IMG/VR virus record: IMGVR_UViG_3300032007_000001 | DNA length: 64,000 nt | DNA from: a virus | Lineage: Duplodnaviria; Caudoviricetes | Strand: one strand, 5' to 3' | Part shown: one piece after another, positions 58,683 through 64,000 of the stretch | Position numbering within the stretch: the first letter of the stretch is position 1 | Layout: every line of letters begins with the position of its first letter | Translations under genes and position numbers: made by a program | The notes under the pieces: generated by a model | The model's database searches: none | What the model was told of the DNA's origin: nothing | What the model saw: only the letters and a program-made list of their open reading frames with translations

Positions 58683-59213
58683 CTATAACTTTATCATATG
58701 AGCTGCTGATGTTATATATTCTCCATTCATTTTTGGACTATTCCAAAGTGATATGTTATCTACTAATATTGGTGTTCTTGGCAACTTAAAAGGAATGAAT
58801 TCTTGTGTATCATAAGCGAATGTAATGTGTGGAGTATATCCTTCAAATTTATCTTTAACTTTTTGATACCCAACTTCTTGATATAATTGTTGCAATAAAT
58901 AATGAATTTGATATAACTTAAAAGAGTTATTTACATCCATCCATGCCGCACCCATATCGAAACGATTTAATGTGTTGGCAAAAACATAGAAAGAATGATA
59001 TTCTTCTCCGTATCTTTCTTTGAATAGATTCATTGCTTCTTTTACTAATTCTATGTCGTGTTCTGTGTCACCAAGAAAATCTATAGTAATATGGAAACTG
59101 CTATCGTCAACAAAATTTCCCTTTATTTTTTGTTTAGCTAAAATCTGACAATACTTTAATGAATCAATTGTTTGTTTGTCAGTAATATCAACGGACATAT
59201 ATAACGAACTCAT
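58683..59213 (-). CDS. 2H phosphoesterase (RNA 2',3'-cyclic phosphodiesterase / LigT-like)
   Basis: two HxT motifs: FHITIDFLG and YTPHITFA. Confidence 0.85.
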   Translation of the reverse strand: MSSLYMSVDITDKQTIDSLKYCQILAKQKIKGNFVDDSSFHITIDFLGDTEHDIELVKEAMNLFKERYGEEYHSFYVFANTLNRFDMGAAWMDVNNSFKLYQIHYLLQQLYQEVGYQKVKDKFEGYTPHITFAYDTQEFIPFKLPRTPILVDNISLWNSPKMNGEYITSAAHMIKL

Positions 59214-59218
59214 CTATT

Positions 59219-59686
59219 TCACCCTTGAATCTGGTCAACTTTTTTCCAATTCATATTGTACCAGATTTTTTCAAATCCTTTGTAAGTAATTTTTTCTCTA
59301 TACAACGAATATGCGTTTTTCTTTTTTTCTCCTCTTAATCTTCTTGCTCTTATATCTTTTACTTCATTTACAGTCAATTTGCTTCTGCATATATATAAAT
59401 TTTCGAAATCATTGCCGCCAGGAAGAGTATTATAACCAGTGTTCGTTGTATCGTATTTATTAATAAAATATTTTTCTCTCTCCTCGAGATTATCTGTTAT
59501 TTCCAATACGTAAAAAGTGAAGTTTTCTATTCCTTCATTTATTATAGCATCATAAAGTTTATGTTTTATTTTTCTATTAAAAGCACTTTTTATGTGCTGT
59601 TTCCAACGATTCATTACATCTTTTGAACGTCCTATATATTTTTTGTGATTATTGATGTTTTCTATTGCATATATTCCAGATATCAT
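59219..59686 (-). CDS. GIY-YIG endonuclease
   Basis: SGIYAIEN...KYIGRS...RWKQH...REKYFI...GYN. Confidence 0.88.
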   Translation of the reverse strand: MISGIYAIENINNHKKYIGRSKDVMNRWKQHIKSAFNRKIKHKLYDAIINEGIENFTFYVLEITDNLEEREKYFINKYDTTNTGYNTLPGGNDFENLYICRSKLTVNEVKDIRARRLRGEKKKNAYSLYREKITYKGFEKIWYNMNWKKVDQIQG

Positions 59687-60102
59687 GTTATAAACAATGC
59701 ATACATTGCATATGAAATATGCAATATTGGTAATATGTTTATAAATACTTTATTATTAGATATACGTTCTTTAAAGAAAACATCAATATAAAAAATACTA
59801 TTATATAACAATAATGTGAATAAATATATATACATAACATTTGTAGACATTATAAAACAACTAACAATAATTAAAATAAAAAATACACATATATTAAAAA
59901 GAAAAACAGAAACTGCTGCAGAAAACGATTCTAAAAATCTTATATATTTCATATGTTCTGCTAATGTTTTATCTTTTTTATTATGTAAAAGTCTATCATC
60001 AAAATTTTTGATTACATATATAATATCATCATTGAATGGAATCTTTTTCCAAATCCCTAATACGTTGTAACAAATCACTATTAGTAGTAGACAATTTATC
60101 AT
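59683..60102 (-). CDS. hypothetical membrane protein
   Basis: several hydrophobic segments; operonic coupling. Confidence 0.55.
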   Translation of the reverse strand: MINCLLLIVICYNVLGIWKKIPFNDDIIYVIKNFDDRLLHNKKDKTLAEHMKYIRFLESFSAAVSVFLFNICVFFILIIVSCFIMSTNVMYIYLFTLLLYNSIFYIDVFFKERISNNKVFINILPILHISYAMYALFIT

Positions 60103-60373
60103 GAATTTCTTCCTTCAATTTATGTAATTTGTATTCTAAAATAATTGTTAAGTAATTGATTACAGATTCTTTTTCTTCTTTCAAAAAATCAAATAAATTA
60201 CAACATTTATTATCATTTGATAAACCACTGGACATTATCAAATATTTCATGCCATATTTTTCAATACTTTGTAGTATTGAAAGGAGTTCTTTCATTACTT
60301 TTGTTTTACTTTTTAATTCGTCAATTGATTTTTCAGATTCATTAATAAAATCATTGACTTCTTGAAAATCCAC
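60029..60373 (-). CDS. hypothetical coiled-coil protein
   Basis: GGAG/AAGGA RBS before GTG. Confidence 0.55.
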   Translation of the reverse strand: MDFQEVNDFINESEKSIDELKSKTKVMKELLSILQSIEKYGMKYLIMSSGLSNDNKCCNLFDFLKEEKESVINYLTIILEYKLHKLKEEIHDKLSTTNSDLLQRIRDLEKDSIQ

Positions 60374-60469
60374 TTCCTTTCACTCCTGGTTTATTGTAAA
60401 CCATTTAAGCTCGTTTGTTTTTATTGATATTCGTAGTTTTATCTACCAAAACAAAAATAATTACTTTTA

Positions 60470-61770
60470 ATATAGAAAAACATTCCAATTAAAAAGTTTT
60501 AATAAATATTAGTATTGTACTGAATATTTATATGGCCTATTACATGCCTCTATTGGATCGATGACGTCATACGTCATGTTTCCAACTACTTTTTTTAAGA
60601 TATTATAACTTCCATTTACGTCTGCATTTATCGTTATTCCATTTTCACTTCTAAATAATCCTCTTTTTACTCTTTTTCCTTTATATACATCATGTTTACA
60701 TATATCTTCTTTATCAAGAAAGCTACATTTAGAAGTATAACTTTCCTCATGAGTAATTAAATTAATGCCTAATAATTTACATTTATAAGAAATCATAGTT
60801 AAAAGTTTATAAAATGGAATTTGTGTAAAATTTTGATTATTTACTTTTCCCATATTAATGTCTTGTTTCCAAGATTTATTATATCCTACTACTAAAGTAG
60901 ATATGTCATTAGAAACTAATTGATTCATTAAATAAGAAACACTTTTGTATAAATAATCATTAATTTTATTATTTCTTTTTAATGAAAGTTTTTGCAATCT
61001 TTTACTTGTATATTTATTATTTACTTTTATCAATTTTGAAACTATTTTTGCTTTTTTCTTATTATAATATTGGTTTATTGATTTTAATGGTTTGCCATTA
61101 ATAATTAACGGTTTGTGATTTGTAAAAACTAATGTCATTAAATTATTTAATCCTAAATCTATTGATGCATAATTTTGATTTGTTTTAACCTTTTTTTCTG
61201 TTTCATTATAAAGTACTTCTATTTTTACATATCCATTACATGGTACTATTCTTAATGCTTGAATTTTATTTTTATCTATTTTTGTTTTAATTTTTATATC
61301 TGTTCCACTTAATTTTATATAATTTTGTTCTTTAAGAGATAAAGCTTGTTTTGTATAAGGTACAATTTGTCTTCCTTTTATTGAATCCAAATATTTTGGT
61401 ATAGATACTTTTTTATTGTATTTATTTTGTTTTTTTAATTTGAGCAATTCAAAAAAAGACTTAAAGTTTTTGTCTACTATTTTTTGTATTTGTTGACTAA
61501 CTTTAGAAGGCAAAGCTCTATAATCTTGTTGATTATTTTGAGAAAATTCTTTATTGATTGTACAATAATTTTTATATTTTTGCGTATTAAAAAAATATTG
61601 TCTTATATCATATAATGTAGCGTTATATAAATTTTTAGATAAAAAACATAAATTATCCAATTCTTTATAAAACTTGTGATTTTGCTTAAAAATATGTGTT
61701 TCTACTAATATCATTTTTTCACCTCCTTATTTGAATAATACACTTAAGGTTATGTTTTGTTCATTGTTCT
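60470..61770 (-). mobile_element. TnpB-only IS200/IS605-like (IS1341-type) element, ends approximate
   Basis: solo tnpB with no tnpA in the window. Confidence 0.5.
60509..61714 (-). CDS. tnpB: IS200/IS605-family RNA-guided endonuclease TnpB
   Basis: SKNLYN, SIDLGLNN (RuvC-I), EESYTSKCS, RVKRGLF, NADVNGSYNI (RuvC-III). Confidence 0.9.
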   Translation of the reverse strand: MILVETHIFKQNHKFYKELDNLCFLSKNLYNATLYDIRQYFFNTQKYKNYCTINKEFSQNNQQDYRALPSKVSQQIQKIVDKNFKSFFELLKLKKQNKYNKKVSIPKYLDSIKGRQIVPYTKQALSLKEQNYIKLSGTDIKIKTKIDKNKIQALRIVPCNGYVKIEVLYNETEKKVKTNQNYASIDLGLNNLMTLVFTNHKPLIINGKPLKSINQYYNKKKAKIVSKLIKVNNKYTSKRLQKLSLKRNNKINDYLYKSVSYLMNQLVSNDISTLVVGYNKSWKQDINMGKVNNQNFTQIPFYKLLTMISYKCKLLGINLITHEESYTSKCSFLDKEDICKHDVYKGKRVKRGLFRSENGITINADVNGSYNILKKVVGNMTYDVIDPIEACNRPYKYSVQY

Positions 61771-61806
61771 ATTTTGTTTATAGAAAATTATGATGGGAGG
61801 TAAATC

Positions 61807-62517
61807 ATGTCATATTTTTTTTCTAAAAACAAATTATCTGATAGCGAATATAACGATTTAATTAATTCAAATTCATTAGAAGAAATAAAAAATTACTTAA
61901 ATAACATAATTAAGAAAGATGAAAATGATAATTCAAATGAAAATTTAATGATTATTAGAATATTGTCTTATGATGAACATAAAAAATATATAACAAGTAG
62001 TACGTTAAGTGGTAGTATTTCAAAAAATGATATTAATGTATGGAATAATTCCGATATGGTTCGATACAGAACATTTTCATATGAAGAATCTTATAATGGT
62101 TGGAATTATAGCGAATATTTAAGATGTTTTAGAAATAACACTAAAATTAGAATAAATGAAATTTTAAAAGAAAATGACAATTACGATTGTTTTTTCCCAA
62201 CTGGAGGTCGTGTTAAAAACAGTCCTTCTTATTTTACACAATATAATAGTTTAATACAAAACAACAACAATAACAATGGCAATGTATATCTTATCCCATC
62301 AGTAATTCAATTTTGGACTTCGCAAGGTGGATATAATAATTCTTACTATAGAAATGACATTTCATATATATATTTAACAAAAAATCAATTAAAATATACA
62401 ATTTCATTTCTAAAAACAAACGGTAATTGGTGGTTTATGGAATTTAATTTTGTACCGGCATTTCGTCCAGTATTTAATTATATAGATAATAATAAAAGTA
62501 ATAATATTTATAGGTGA
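61807..62517 (+). CDS. variable-core paralogue family member 5
   Basis: IRILSYDEHKKYI..TLSGSIS..INVW and FRPVFNYIDNNKSNNIYR. Confidence 0.75.
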   Translation: MSYFFSKNKLSDSEYNDLINSNSLEEIKNYLNNIIKKDENDNSNENLMIIRILSYDEHKKYITSSTLSGSISKNDINVWNNSDMVRYRTFSYEESYNGWNYSEYLRCFRNNTKIRINEILKENDNYDCFFPTGGRVKNSPSYFTQYNSLIQNNNNNNGNVYLIPSVIQFWTSQGGYNNSYYRNDISYIYLTKNQLKYTISFLKTNGNWWFMEFNFVPAFRPVFNYIDNNKSNNIYR

Positions 62518-62518
62518 T

Positions 62519-63283
62519 ATGATGATTATACAAAAACAATTATACGATTCATTGAAAAATATAAAAAATTTCGAAGAATTTGAAACTTTCAGAAATTCTT
62601 TGGAAATAAGTGATAATGATATTTCAAATGGAAAACTATTTTCTGTAAGAACATTATCAAAAAAAGAATATGATAAATTCATAATGCAAGAGACATTAAA
62701 TGGTTCAATAACAGCAAATGACGCAAATACATGGAATTCTTCATCTAACATTTCATATAAAAGTTTATTTTTAATTGTAACACAAGTAAACTACGGTGGA
62801 GATACATCCAGTTATGGTAAATTCAATCCAAATACGAATTGGGATAGTTTAACTGGAAACGTTTTTAATATAAATTCTTATATAAAGAATAATGATTATA
62901 TTTTGTATAATCAAATTATACCAGGCGGAACCTCTACACAAACTCTTAATAAAATGACAGAACTTTTACAAGATAATAAAACTAATGCATTTTCATTATC
63001 TATTGGTTGTAAAATATTAGAAATAGCTACAGCAACATACAACGATATGTACCGTAATTGGTACGCTTATTGTGGATATAGAGATTCTATAGTACATGGT
63101 ACAACAATTTCTGGGTCAGCAACAGCAACAAAAACGCAAACAAAATTGACTTATTCTTGGAATTCATCATTGCACTTTATAACACCAATAACATATTGTA
63201 CGAGAAACCTAAATATTAATTTATGTTTTCGTCCGATATTCCAATATGTTGATAATAACAAGAGTGCAAATATCTATAGGTGA
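62519..63283 (+). CDS. variable-core paralogue family member 6
   Basis: VRTLSKKEYDKFI..TLNGSIT...NTW and FRPIFQYVDNNKSANIYR. Confidence 0.75.
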   Translation: MMIIQKQLYDSLKNIKNFEEFETFRNSLEISDNDISNGKLFSVRTLSKKEYDKFIMQETLNGSITANDANTWNSSSNISYKSLFLIVTQVNYGGDTSSYGKFNPNTNWDSLTGNVFNINSYIKNNDYILYNQIIPGGTSTQTLNKMTELLQDNKTNAFSLSIGCKILEIATATYNDMYRNWYAYCGYRDSIVHGTTISGSATATKTQTKLTYSWNSSLHFITPITYCTRNLNINLCFRPIFQYVDNNKSANIYR

Positions 63284-63288
63284 TTTTA

Positions 63289-64000
63289 ATGAGTATAGAA
63301 AATAAAAAAAGAGATTTGTTAAATCTCTTATCTTCTAATAATTACGATATAAACGACGATGAAACGAAACAAGCTTTACAATTAATTATTAATGAAAACG
63401 ATGCAAATGATATAAATGAAAGCTTAATTCTTACTAGAATGTTATCTTACGATGAATATAACAAATATATAAAAAATGATTCTTTGAATGGGTCTATAAC
63501 TGAAAATAACAATAATGTTTGGCACCATTTTATAAACAACAAAGAATTTAATATATATTTTGCTTGGTTAAATGATGGTGGCGGATTTAATGAAAATACA
63601 TGGAAAACCACTATCTTAAATAACTTAAAAACATATAAAAAAATAGATTTTACAAAGTATTTACAGGATAAATGTTACTTAAAAGATTATCAATATAACT
63701 ATGATAAAAATACAATTGATATTACAAGTCTTTATGTAGAACAAACAAACAATGATTCTACAAATACATATAAATTTAATGGACCAATGCAATATATTTT
63801 ATGTACCAATCTTTATTGGAGAGGATATTATAACGGATTTATAAGCCAAATTTCTGGCAACGGTTGCAGTGCGTTAGTATCATATATAGATGTAAGCTCG
63901 TATACAATTAACAAAAGCAACACTAGTGAAACGAAACATATTTATTCTACTATGTATTCAGAATATTGGTCAAGACAAATAGACTTTAGATTTCAGTTTT
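63289..64000 (+). CDS. variable-core paralogue family member 7 (runs off the window)
   Basis: MSIENKKRDLLNLLSSNNYDIN...TRMLSYDEYNKYIKNDSLNGSITENNNNVWH; no stop before the window end. Confidence 0.7.
   Translation, partial: MSIENKKRDLLNLLSSNNYDINDDETKQALQLIINENDANDINESLILTRMLSYDEYNKYIKNDSLNGSITENNNNVWHHFINNKEFNIYFAWLNDGGGFNENTWKTTILNNLKTYKKIDFTKYLQDKCYLKDYQYNYDKNTIDITSLYVEQTNNDSTNTYKFNGPMQYILCTNLYWRGYYNGFISQISGNGCSALVSYIDVSSYTINKSNTSETKHIYSTMYSEYWSRQIDFRFQF

Noticed and set aside
1-64000. Alternative genetic code (stop-codon reassignment) as in some large gut phages
   Set aside because: Conserved genes are full-length in code 11, and TAA, TAG and TGA all terminate genes at homologous positions.
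11379-64000. Complete diversity-generating retroelement in this window
   Set aside because: No reverse transcriptase, and no repeat pair differing only at adenines was seen.

Overview
This AT-rich, gene-dense 64 kb segment most plausibly comes from a large (jumbo-type) phage of an anaerobic, probably flagellated diderm Firmicute (Negativicutes-like). The host call is an inference from a class III RNR, a flagellin-like gene and an overlapping spanin-like pair. Recognisable genes include nrdD, a flagellin, TetR, an AAA ATPase, a CCA-adding enzyme, Thg1, a 5'-nucleotidase, tail-collar and tail-fibre proteins, a deaminase, a PNK-like kinase, a sigma factor, NrnA, an OFA-family MFS transporter, RecJ, a DUF285/BspA repeat protein, ClpX, GyrA, a 2H phosphoesterase, GIY-YIG/HNH nucleases and a solo TnpB. 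The most unusual signals are: (1) 18 mostly unrelated small, probably early, proteins that all end in Gly-Leu/Phe/Tyr, resembling the ClpP-docking [LIV]G[FL] tripeptide, in a window that also carries a divergent ClpX; (2) a ~1 kb GC-rich structured non-coding RNA with its own promoter, next to an aberrant tRNA; (3) nrdD interrupted by two tandem group I introns separated by a 16-nt micro-exon, with its glycyl-radical domain on a separate ORF; (4) seven paralogues with conserved ends and a hypervariable core; (5) a recurrent basic N-terminal leader on acidic proteins. All calls are by eye; no database searches were run.
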